Below are positions 40,824 to 54,550 of a stretch of 64,000 nt of DNA, one piece after another (within the stretch, counting starts at the first letter, position 1; each line of letters begins with the position of its first letter). The stretch lies in the NCBI RefSeq assembly GCF_009914755.1, contig NC_060947.1; one strand, given 5' to 3'. Source of the stretch: the human T2T-CHM13v2.0 reference genome, Homo sapiens. The notes under the pieces were generated by a model. That model was not told the DNA's origin, searched no databases, and worked only from the letters and a program-made list of their open reading frames with translations. A program made the translations under genes and the position numbers.

Positions 40824-42689
40824 TAGATCAGCAATGGGACATGGTTCCCAGTGTATGAGAGGAATGGGATTCATGTAGGGGTGGGATGATTAAATCTGGG
40901 CAGGAGTCAGGATTCCTCTCCTGTCAAATTAGGATGCAAAGAGATAACGGAGGAATACAGATACAGATACACTTGTAGGCAGTATCGATTTTCTTAGTGA
41001 CTAGGATAAGAGATGGTCTGTGATAGAGAGAGGATGGTAGTGAGGCAGAGATTAACAAAAGTTAAAAAGTGATGAATAAAAGAGACTGCTGAGGAGGTGG
41101 GACACATCAAAGGGTGTTTCTGTGTTGAGTCAGTTAAATTTGAAGATCACATGGCATCAATGGGCATACTGATGTGGCTATCTCAAGCAGAGCTCTACAG
41201 TCCTGTGGAAGGACCAGAGATGGCAGGTGAGGCGGAATTATCTGGGGTTGGGTTTCATAGAGTAGAAGCTTTGCTAATTTTAATGCTGCCTTTTAGAAAA
41301 ACTGAGAATGAGAATTCAGGTAGGAGGTCTGTGCTGAGCTTAAATTCTTATTTTTATTAATAACATGTGACCTAGGAATATCCAGGAGCTGATGGTGAGA
41401 GAACTCAAAATTTCTGAGCACCTATCCATGTACCAAGGCCACAGGATACATATGAGCATTTTCTCACAACCGCCATGATAGGCAGGTAAAATTATCTTTG
41501 TTTTACAAAGGAAAATCTTTAAGGTTCAGAGAGGTTAAGAAACTTGCCTGAGCCTGGTTTTCTTGTTGTGCTTCCTTCAGAATGTGAAGGCAGACTGATT
41601 ATTGATGGGGCAAAGTGCACATTGGGGTGTGATTAGCTTTATGACATTATTTTGAATCTCCACACATACTCTGTGTTTGGTGTTCCTTTAGGAAATAACT
41701 GAGAAGAGGCCAATCAGCCTCTCTCTGAATGAGGAGAATGTGGTCATTTATAATTCGTCTTTTAAGATGCCAGTATTACTGCTGAGAGACTCCATATAGC
41801 TTTCTCATTTTCATGATATTTTCTTGTAGAAAACTACCTCTTCTTTTTGCCAGCTCTAGTCCAGACTCTGTATTTTCAAACCTCGTTTTAATGATTCCTT
41901 CGATTCCTTTTACAAAATGGTCTCTCTTAAATTTCCCTTTGACTAAGGTCAGGATGAAATTCCTTACTGGTACATCTGGTTAATGATGTCACTGTTTCCT
42001 TTTCTTGCCAGTTTCCTGACATAATTACAAAGGAAATCTCTCACATTTTGGGGGTAGAGAAATCAAGAAACGTCAGCCATGGCCAGGTTTGTGGGATAGT
42101 TGCTAATGCTAGGTCTCAGGTGTGCATGGTCAAGCAACTGAAAAATCCGGAGTTAACTTCCTGCTGGAGCATCCCTTCATCTTTAGTGCAGAGTGTTAGT
42201 CAAAATAGGTTAACACCTGTACTGGCCTGCGTTAACTGATTAGAATGGGCAATGGCTTAGTCCTGGAGCAGAGTTTCCAAAGCCACTTGCTGAGCCATGC
42301 CCTAACTCTTTAGTTGCTAGATCGTGGAAAATATAGAGCAGGGTCAGAGGGGATGGGCCAGCCAGGGGCTGAAGTGGAGATTTTGGAGCAGTAGCTACTT
42401 ACCAACCAGTACGAAAAGGATTTCAAGAATTGAACAACTGGAACAGCCTTACTGAGACACAGCAGCTGAATGTCAGCACTGTCTTAGTGGCTATAAATGC
42501 TGTCTAGAGGTGCTTATAATCAGATATACTGCCTAGGAATGTGTGTGGTCAGAAGGCAAGCAGGTTTATGCTTTTCTCCTGAAAACTCAAAGACATGAAA
42601 ACATTTTTAACCTATTATTTTTTTCCTTTTACACATCATGAGGACATTAGTGATGACGTGGCCATTTGCTCAGAAGTGTTCATTGTTAC

Positions 42690-43135
42690 CTTATATCCAT
42701 TCTACTCTTCTTCCAAAGTAAAATAATTATTGGCTGGACACATGACCACCTAGGCAAAGAGCACATTCTGCAGCCTTTCTTGCAGCTAGTTCTGGTCATA
42801 TGATTAAGCTATTGCCAGTGGGATGCAGCTGGAAGTGATATGAAGCACCCCCTGATCACACTCTTAAAGGAAGAGAATATCTCCTGCTTCCTTTACCCCA
42901 CTGCTTGGTTTTCAGACATTGTGGAGAACCATTTTGATCCCCATGGACAAAGGAAATACCCTGAGATTGGTTGAACCACAGGATATGAAACATCTGTATT
43001 CCTAGACAGCCTCATGCAGCCATGCAGCCCTAGATTGCCTACCTCCAGACTGTAATGCGAGAGAGAAATCAACTTCTACTGTTTAAGCCATTGTCAATTT
43101 AGGTCTCTGTTACAAACAGCCAAAATTATATCCAA
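42690..43135 (+). mobile_element. Old MLT1 LTR
   Basis: cagcctttcttgcagctag...ggtcatatgattaag; gagagaaatcaacttcta..gtttaagcca. Confidence 0.65.
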
Positions 43136-43203
43136 ATATAGGAGGGTTTTATGGGTTTATATTCTTGCTATGATTTTTGACTCACCTAAGTCTCATATAT
43201 GTG

Positions 43204-43697
43204 CAGTTGACCCTTGACATGAGGTTGAACTGCACGGGTCTATTTATCTGTGGAATTTTTTCAACAAAAGTTATCCTGAGTGTTCCTGCCTCTCCTGCCT
43301 CCCTTTCCACCTCGTCCGCCTCTTCTGTCTCTGCCATCCCTGAGACAGCAAGAACAACCCCTCCTCTTTCTCCTTCTCCTCAGCCTATTCAATAACAAGA
43401 CGAAGAGGATGAAGACCTTTATGATGATCCACTTCTACTTAATGGATAGTAAATATACTTTCTCTTCCTTATGATTTTCTTAGTAACATTTTCTTTTCTG
43501 TAGCTTACTTTATTGTAAGAATACAGTATATAACACATAAAATATATGCATTAGTTGACTGTTTATGTTATCAGTAAGGCTTCCAGTCAAGAGCAGGCTA
43601 TTCACAGTTAGGTTTTGGGGGAGTCAAAAGTTATACATGGATTTTGGCTGTCAGGGAGTTGGCACCCCTAACCCTTGTGTTGTTCAAGGGTCAACTG
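43204..43697. mobile_element. Tigger2a/MER8-family non-autonomous DNA transposon
   Basis: Terminal inverted repeats cagttgacccttga ... tcaagggtcaactg, followed by TA. Confidence 0.88.
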
Positions 43698-46055
43698 TAT
43701 ATGTATTAATATTTTTTTCTCATTACCAAGTTAAGGACAAGCGATGCTAGAAAGGCACAATTACTGAGGTCTGAAATTTAAGGTCCATTGTGTCCTCCTA
43801 TTGAATGATGGTAAGGAGACCAATTCCTTTTTAACTTAATATCATTCTCCAAGTGAACATTAGGTACTCTTGGAGGTTGTATTAATCATTTAAATGAACT
43901 CAAATGCCTCTTTTGGATTAGGAAACTGATATTAATGTACCACTCCGGAAATGGAATGAAATAGACCTTGACCTTACTTTCCATAGTTTACAGTTCAAGC
44001 AGGGATAGATTTATATTCCCCTTGAGCCTTAATATTCCCAAGAAAAGAAGTTAATATGACACAACACATGGAGCAGTGGGAGAGGAAGGGATCACCTGTT
44101 TAGCCAGCTGGGCTAACTCCACCTGACTGGCTGAGTTAGCCCTGGGGTAAGAGACAAAACAATTGGAATGGAATGTCTGTTTGCTCAAATTGGGCAGTAG
44201 CATTAGTGATTCTGTACATTCAATAGTTACCTGATACCTGTTAGGCTTAATGCTTACTTTGCTGCAGAGAAGCTGCCTGCTCCCTAAGATAATCTATCAT
44301 AAGTCACACATGGCAGAACTGAATGAAACTCATTTTTTCAGACAATGAATATTTCTGTGGTATTTTGCCTCAAACAGACACAATACTACAGAGCAAGAGC
44401 TGTGTACTCTCTCATGGTAGAATTTAAGCTGCAGTTTGAGTTGTTTATCAAGAGTTTACTGCAAGGTTCTAGCCAGAAATGATGATTTTATCAGCCAAGT
44501 CTAGAGTATCATAGGGCAAGAACTTGGACCCCAAGTGGCCAATACAAACATTTTCCAATTCCTTTAACATTTACGGAGCACTTATACACGTATAATCTCA
44601 TTTAATGCTCAGAACGATCCTGTAATCCCGCTCTTGCAGATGATGAAATTGAGGCTTGGAATGTTTAAACAACCTCAAAACTACCTTTAGCTAGTATTGT
44701 GAGAGAGCCAAGACTTGAACCCAGGCCTGTCTTCCTCTAAGGCACAGGCTGAAAGTTAAGTTCTGTGCCTGAAGTTAATTTGTGAAGGACATGAGATGGG
44801 ACAGACCTGCTTCCATAGGCTGATTCATCTTTCAAGCCCTGAAACTTGGAGTCAAGCAGTCAATTGGAGACCTGTTTTCACATAAACATCCAATTTCTCA
44901 TTATTTCTGAGATCTGGGTGGTAGTTGTTGAGGATGATATTTTAGCTTTATTGTGGATACTGACCTGCTGTGAAAAGTCCAAAAATCCAGCAGCCCATGG
45001 AGAGGTTGAAGAGATGCCAAGTTTCTGAGTAATCCACAACTTAGATCATCAGCTAGCCTAGAAAGAAAGATGATTGTATCTCTAGTTGTTTGGAGCTCAT
45101 CCTGGGGAAAGAGATATCTGATTAATGGAAATTTTATTCCAGGAAACAGCTTTACTTATATTCTCAGCACTTGCTTATATGATTTCCAGAAAGTGTTATT
45201 TTCACTTTAAAGTAATCTTCAGGGTCTTTAATGATCTTTTCAGCACTGCTCTGTAATTCCCCACATTCTTATCTGAAAGTAACAACAGGAAACCTAGTTT
45301 TAACACCAACTCTAAACATCAAGAGAGGAAGGAAAACGAGCCTATTAATTTTGCTTTTTTTGTTTTAAGGCAAGAGCTTCTGCTCATCCAGGAAGGAATC
45401 AAGACCCTGGCCTAGGGAACTTATGCTTCATTGGTGATTTGGGGCCTAGGGACAGAAGGGTCCTAGGTGAGTAGTCCAAACCATTTTCCTCTGGGTCCTA
45501 ATGAGAAAGATCTGTTGTTTGGGTGCTTAGCTCAGCCTAATTATTTAACAAAAATAACAGAGAAGAAAAAAGTCCCTGAGGGAGGCAAGATGGAGTCTGT
45601 GAAAGAGCCTAAGTTTCTAAGACAAGCCTCTGGGGCAACAATCAACTCCTATGTATATCCATCCTCCAACACACATGCCAAGCGAAGCCTGATGAGAAAT
45701 ACACAGCCCTGTCAGTCAGTACCACAGAATCATTAAACCAGGGAGGAAATTACAAACACTAATATTTAAACTAAACAAAAATGTCATTCATTAATCAAAC
45801 AAACATTTATTGAGTGCTATTCTAGTTGTTCTTTGACCATAACGTACATCAGAAATTCTTTTCCCAGCCTGTCTCCTGTCATGCAACGACTGCCTATTAT
45901 CAACCTTCCTGAACGTGGTTGCTATGTAGTTAGAATTCATTAAAAGTCTGGGATTGGCTTCCTTATATTATTGGTGTGTTTTTTTATATCAATTAAGATG
46001 TTCTTCGCTGTAAATAATGGAAAACTCAACTCAAACTGGCTTAAACAATAAGGTA

Positions 46056-46525
46056 GCGCATTTGTTTCCTATTGCTGCTGTAACAAATTACCACAAACCT
46101 TAAGACTTAAAACAACACAAATTTGTTATCTTACGGTTCCAGAGGTCATAAATCTTAAATAAATCTTTCTGGAGTAAAATCAAGGTGTTGGCAGAGCTGC
46201 CTTCCCTCAGGAAGCTTTAGGGAAAATTCCACTCCCTTCCATTTTCAGCTTCTAGAGGCTTCCCACAATCCTTGGCTCATGGACATGTATCACTCTGACC
46301 TCTGCTTTCATTGTTACAGCTCTCTGTGACTCTTGACTCTACTGCTTTCCTGTTATGAAGACTTTTGTAATTTGATTGGGCCCTCCAGGATAATCTTAAT
46401 ATAGCAGGATCCTTAACTTAATCATATCTTCAAAGTCCCTTTTGTCATATAAGAGAATATATTCATAGATTTCAAAGATTAGGACATGAACATCTTTGGT
46501 GGGCCATTATTCTGTCTACCATACG
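46056..46525 (-). mobile_element. MLT1 (B/C-like) LTR nested in an older MLT1 fragment
   Basis: tttcctattgctgctgtaacaaattaccacaaac; ttaaaacaacacaaattt; ggccattattctgtctacca. Confidence 0.8.
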
Positions 46526-46647
46526 TAGTTTACTGGATTACATATTGGGGTTCCAAAGTTAGAGGAGACTTTGTAGTTGGTTGATTCAAGAATTTAAAAC
46601 TATCATCAAGGACAACTCAACACCAAACAACTTTATTTTAAAAATGG

Positions 46648-46802
46648 ACAAAATTTAGCTGGGCATGGTGGCATGTCCCTGTAGTCTTAGCTATTCAGGA
46701 GGCTGAGGTAGGATGATCCCTTGAGCCAAGGAGTCTCAGGATGCAGTGAGCTATGATTGTGACATTGCACTACAGCCTGGTGACAGAGTGAGACCCTGTC
46801 TC
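46648..46802 (+). mobile_element. Alu right monomer (FRAM/AluJ-like)
   Basis: ttagctgggcatggtggc...gacagagtgagaccctgtctc. Confidence 0.85.
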
Positions 46803-47212
46803 TAATAACGTAAAACATAACATAACATTAAAGAACAGGAAAGAGTATCTAAATGATCAAAGAACTTGAATAAACATTTCTCAAAAAATATGCAAATAAC
46901 CAATAAACACATGATAAGATGCTCAACATCACTAGTCATTAGGAAAATGCACATCAAAGCTGTAATGAGATAACACCTCACAACCATTAGGATGGCCAGT
47001 ATTAAAAATAGAAAAAAAAAAAAAAAAAAACAGAAAATAACAAGTGTTGGCAAGGATGCAGACAAATTGGAACCCTTGTGCATTCTTGGCTGGCATATAA
47101 AATGGTACAGCCACTGTGGAAAATGCTATGATGATTCCTTTAAAAAATTAAAAATAGAATTATCATATTACCCAGCAACTCCACTTCCTTGTATATACTT
47201 CTAAAGAATCGT

Positions 47213-47511
47213 GGCCAGGAGCGATGGCTCATGCCTGTAATCCCAGCACTTTGGGAGGCCGAGGTGGGCGGATCACAAGGTCAGGAGATCAAGACCATCC
47301 TGGCTAACACGGTGAAACCCCGTCTCTACTAAAAATACAAAAAATTAGCCAGGCGTGGTGTCAGGCGCCTGTAATCCCAGCTACTTGGGCGCTGAGGCAA
47401 GGCAGGAGAATGGCGTGAACCTGGGAGGCAGAGCTTGCAGTGAGCCAAGATGGTGCCACTGCACTCCAGCCTGGGCAACACAGCAAGACTCCGTCTCAAA
47501 AAAAAAAAAAA
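47213..47511 (+). mobile_element. AluY
   Basis: Diagnostics gaccatcctggctaacacggtg, gaatggcgtgaacc, gagcttgcag. Confidence 0.93.
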
Positions 47512-47735
47512 GAATCACAAACAAGGACTTGAACAGATATTTTTACATATATGTTCATAGCAGCATTATTCACAATAGCCAAAAGGTGGAAGCAACCCAA
47601 ATGTCCATCAACAGATGAAGGGATAAATAAAATGTTGTATATTCATAAAATGGAATATTATTTAGCCTTAAAAAGGAAGGACATTTTGACACACACTACA
47701 TCATGAATGAACCTTGAAGACAGTGTACTAAATAA

Positions 47736-48077
<342 letters not shown>

Positions 48078-48336
48078 GATTTCTTTTATAAGAAGTGCAT
48101 AGTGTAGTCAAATTCATAAAAACAGAAAGCAAAATTGTGGTTGCCAGAGGCTAGGGGAGTCAGAAATATCAGTTATTATTTAATGAGGACAGAATTTCAG
48201 TTGAGGAAGATAAAGTTCTGGAGATGTATGGTAGTGATGGTTGCACAACAATATGGATGTACTTAATACCACTAAACTGTACACTTAAAAATGGTTAAGA
48301 TGATAAATTTTATGTTCTGTGTATTTTACCAATTAA

Positions 48337-49517
<1,181 letters not shown>

Positions 49518-52500
49518 CAGATTCTTTTTTTGTCACTATACTCTGTTATCTAGAGCATTCACTGCTTTCTAAAGCTAGAATCTCCTCGTGGTCATGATAG
49601 ACCTATCAACAACAAGCAGAGCCGTATGTTTTCTTGCTTACAGCCAAGGGAAGAGCCTTTCTCCTAAAACCAAAGACAGTTCCCCCAAAACTTCCAATAC
49701 ACCTTTCCTTGAATTTCAAGCAGGTTGAGTATCTGAACCATAGCTGGTAAATGAGATAAATTTATCCTCAGACCAATCAGGCTCACCCTTTGAGCTGAAA
49801 TCAATTCTCCAACTTGCATTGCTGCAATTCAATATGAGAGGAAGAAAGTGAGTCCTAGGGAGTCAACCACAATCTCCACTACTTCCAATTTACAATTTGT
49901 GGAGCAACCTCAACTCAAGTGCACAGACTAGGATACAAAACCTCTGTGCAAAATTCAAGCTATCCTTCCAGTTCCTTTACAGCTGTTTCACTCGAGTGCC
50001 TGCAACACTTCTCTGCATTTCAGTTCTGATGCCTCTTCAGATCTCATCCTATTGCAACAGGAAAGGCCACATCTACTCACTCAGTAGAGAAGGCATCAGA
50101 AGAGGCCACATTTACATTTGCTTCCACATGTAAATGTGGATGTGCCTGGGAGGTGCTTTGAAAATAGGAATTCCTGGAGCTAACCCAAGAAGTGCTGAAT
50201 CAGAACCTTAAATAAAAATTGTTATTTCTCTTAATGAATTTGCATCTTAAGAGGTTTCCTAGGTAATTCTAATATTGATCCATGGAATATGCTTAGAGAA
50301 GCTTTGGCCTTATCTTTACTAAGAACTGTCCTCAGTGCTATAAGTAGAGTAATAAAGGCAATATGGGTCACACTGTTGAGGAGTTCACAGTCTATTTGAG
50401 AGAACAGTCACTTAAATAATTATAGCAAGGCCAAATAGGTGCTGTAGTAGAGATATGAATAGAATTCTATGAGGCTGATACTGCCGCAGGGAGTCAGAAA
50501 AAGTTTCACAGAGTTTTTGGCTATAGCGAGGTAACATTACAGGGATGCATCTACATTGAAAAGACAAAAAGAGAGGAAGAATTTTAATAATTCAGACTAC
50601 CAAGAAGAGTTAGTGAGTGCAGAATTATGTGAACATGAGACAGCAGAAGTGCATTTGTGATTCTCCCATGGGATCTTAGTTCCTTACTTTTGCAGTTTTA
50701 ACATCTCACTGCACTGCTCTGAATACGATTCTAGTGCTTAATGATACCTATTTTTACCTACATATTTATGTACAAAGTTGTATCATGTACTTTGAGGTAT
50801 TTAATACATTTTTCAGAGTAGTTATGACTATATGTAGTTAAATATTATATTGCTGCCTCTAACCTGCATCCCTCATCCCCATCCTTACCTCATCCTGGCA
50901 CCTTAAACAATGATTTTAGAGAAGGAGTGGCAGTTATCTAGGTGGAAAAGTAGACAGAGAGATTCCAGGCAGAGGAACCAAAACTGTCAGTACAACACAT
51001 TTAGGGTATAGCCAACCAGAAGTTCAGCAAGGCTCTCAGAGGATATATGAAGTAATACGGCAGGAGAGGAGATCAGGCTGTTTAGGTAGTCAGGTTAGTA
51101 AAGAAAATGTTAAGGACTTTGTCCTTTAAACAGATGAAAACGAGAGCCGATGAAGAGGTTTAAATAAGTGAATGACAAGAGCAGATGTGTGTTATAGAGA
51201 CATCATTTATTGGCCAGGTGGTGGCTACTCTGAAGCAAGAGAGACAAAACCTCTGAGAGCTCAGGAAAGCTCAGTTCAGTTCCATTTTGGGAAGGCTCTT
51301 GGCGTAATAAAAAATATAGAAATGATAGAATAAGTTAAAAACAGTATGAACTATTCAACAATGATTATATTTAACAAATTAACGGTTCAAATACACACAT
51401 TAACTCATTGACTATTTCTGTGATCTCATATAGAGATGTTGTTAATCTAGGTAGAAGCCTAGGCCACTCTGCATCCCCAAACTGATTTTATTTCCAGATT
51501 TCATCATGTTCTAAAATCTTGAGCAAGCAATTTAATCTCTCTGTGCATTAGTTTTCTGACAATGGGAATAATAACTACTTTGTAAGAATGGAGTGAGATA
51601 ACAGGTGTACAGTGTCTAGCACTCTTGGGTGCTCAGCAGGTGTTAGTATTTCTTCACAATCTTTAAATATAATAGGCCTGTGCCCATGTGCACTCACATA
51701 GGAGTACCCATACACACCAACACATGCACTTGGATTCTGATAATGCTGCCCTGGGGCCAAAGTTGGAGAGGGGGTAATTCCACCATGCCATCCCAGTGCC
51801 TCTCCCTTCTTCTGTGTTCAACTCACCTCCCTGAAGAGCGAGTATACCCACTACCTCAGATATCTTCCCATTAAAGCTTTCTGCCTGCACATTCACCTCA
51901 GTATGAATGAGTTATGCCACTAACTTATTTCCTCACCCAAGAGTGTTTGCATAGCAGTATTTATCTGTGATTATAGAAAAATGGCGTTTTTCTACTAAAG
52001 ATATTTCAGGTATCCATTAATCTAAGCCAGAATTTCTTCAGAAGTAAGGAGGACTTTCACATTGCTCCTGACGTTACATTCAGGAGGTTATTTAGCCTCA
52101 TAATTTTGAGTTTCTCTGCTTAAAGATAAGCAGTCCCTTTGGGCTCCCTGTTTTTTTCTGGAGCATAGAGATTTGTAACAGTGACAATTCCCTAGCTGAA
52201 CAACAGTAATAACTTACAGTGCTGCCAATGGGCTTTCTGGGTTCCTGTTAGCTTTGCAGAGTCATCTCGTTGAGTTGGCTGAGATCTGGCACTTAGAAGC
52301 TCTGTAGAGTGATTTCAGAATACAGCATCAGCTAAATGGGTCCCTGGGCCTGAGCCAACCTCCCAGAGCTCTAGTTCCAAGACACTGTTTGAAGAATGCT
52401 GGCACTTAGAATTCCTTGGGGATGGTATATTTTATGAGCTAGTAAAAGCCTAATCTGAAATTTTTGAGATTTATTCATTGCATTGTGGTCAAAAATTATG

Positions 52501-52575
52501 CTTCATTGTGCCCTGATTATATCCAAATCTCTTACCAATTGACATGCCAGAAGGTAGAGATAAAAATACAAATGA

Positions 52576-52917
<342 letters not shown>

Positions 52918-52930
52918 TAAAATGTTACCA

Positions 52931-53236
52931 GGCTAGGAGTGGTGGCTCCTGCCTGTAATCCCAGTGCTTTGAGAGGCTAAGGCTGGAGGATCACTTCAGG
53001 CCAGGAGTTTGAGACAAGTCTGGGCAACATAGCAAGACCATGTCTCTACACAAATAAAAATAAATAGAGAAGCATGATGCCAGGCACCTGTAGTCCCAGC
53101 TACTTGGGAGGCTGAGGTGGGAAGATCCCTTGAACCTAGGAGTTCAAAGCTGTGGTGAGGTATGATCTTGCCACTTCAGACTGGGTGACAGAGCAACACT
53201 GTGTCTCTAAAGAAAAAAAAAAGAAAAAGAAAAAAA
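52931..53236 (+). mobile_element. AluJ
   Basis: Diverged dimer; flanking repeat atgttacca. Confidence 0.9.
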
Positions 53237-53696
53237 CAGATGTTACCATCATTTCTATATCCTGATCAAGCATAAAATCATAGTATTTTGTGGCTAAAAA
53301 AATATTGCATGAAGTCATTTTGTCTATCCTCCACCTGTAAATAAATCTAGACTTAAAATCACTTCACACAGTTGATTATCTAGTCATTTCTTAGTGACCC
53401 ACTTGAAAACTTAACAATCTTTACTACCAATAATGTTTGCAATATCTCTATTCTAAATTCTCCTAGCTGCAATTTAATCTTCTGTTATTTAGTCTTCAGT
53501 GGGAAACAAGTCTTCCCCTTGTACATCTTCCAGTTGCTAACTGGTCATATTCCATCCCTGTGGGTTATCTTCTCCACAGATCTCATTCTTTTAAACATCC
53601 CTCACCAACGTTATGTATTATCCCATTAATTGACTCTTAATTTTATAAAAGCTTTGGCAAATCATCCTTGTCGCTCATGGATTGAGTAAATATGAC

Positions 53697-54071
53697 TGAT
53701 GTGGTTTGACAGTGTCCTCACCCAAATCTCATATTGAATTGTAGCTCCCATAATCCCCACATGTCATGGGAGGGATGCCATGGGAGATAATCGAATCATG
53801 GGGGCAGGTTTTTCCCATGCTGTTGTCCTGATAGTGAATAAGTCTTGAGAATAAGTCACAAGATCTGATGGTTTCATGAAGGGCAGATCCCCTGCACATG
53901 CACTCTTGCCTGCCACCATGTAAGATGTGCCTTTGTTCCTCCTTCACTTTGCACCATGATTGTGAGGCCTCCCCAGCCAGTGGAACTGTGAATCCATTAA
54001 ACCTCCTTTTCGTTATAAATTACCCAGTCTTGGTTATGTCTTTATTAGCAGCATGAGAACAGACTAATACA
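53697..54071 (+). mobile_element. THE1 solo LTR
   Basis: TG...CA ends; 5-bp TSD atgac at 53692-53696 and 54072-54076. Confidence 0.95.
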
Positions 54072-54310
54072 ATGACCAACAACAAAAAAGAAAATTCAAA
54101 AGTATGAGAACATAATGGAAAATAGTAAAAAGGGAGTTTTTCCATTTCTATTATATATACCATTGATGTTTCATACGATATTTAGTGCATTTTGTAGAAT
54201 GTATGTAACCCATGTCCACAATAGAAAACTTAAAAAACATAAAAAAGTATAAAGAAAGAAAATAAATCTTCAGGAACCTGATCACTTATCCCTAATGGTT
54301 AGAAATTTCT

Positions 54311-54313
<3 letters not shown>

Positions 54314-54350
<37 letters not shown>
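54314..54350. repeat. (TG)n microsatellite
   Basis: Seen directly. Confidence 0.95.
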
Positions 54351-54352
<2 letters not shown>

Positions 54353-54550
54353 TTCCTCAAACAGGGATCATACTCTATTTGTAGTTGTATATCTTGCTTT
54401 GTAGTTCATTGACATTTTCCATATCATTATCCACTCTCAAAATAGTGTTTCTTAGTGGCAGTATAATTTTCCACCTTGTAGCTATAACTTAGCTCATTTA
54501 ATAATTCCCCCATCGCTGGGCATTTAAATGGTTTCTAGTTTAGCACCACT

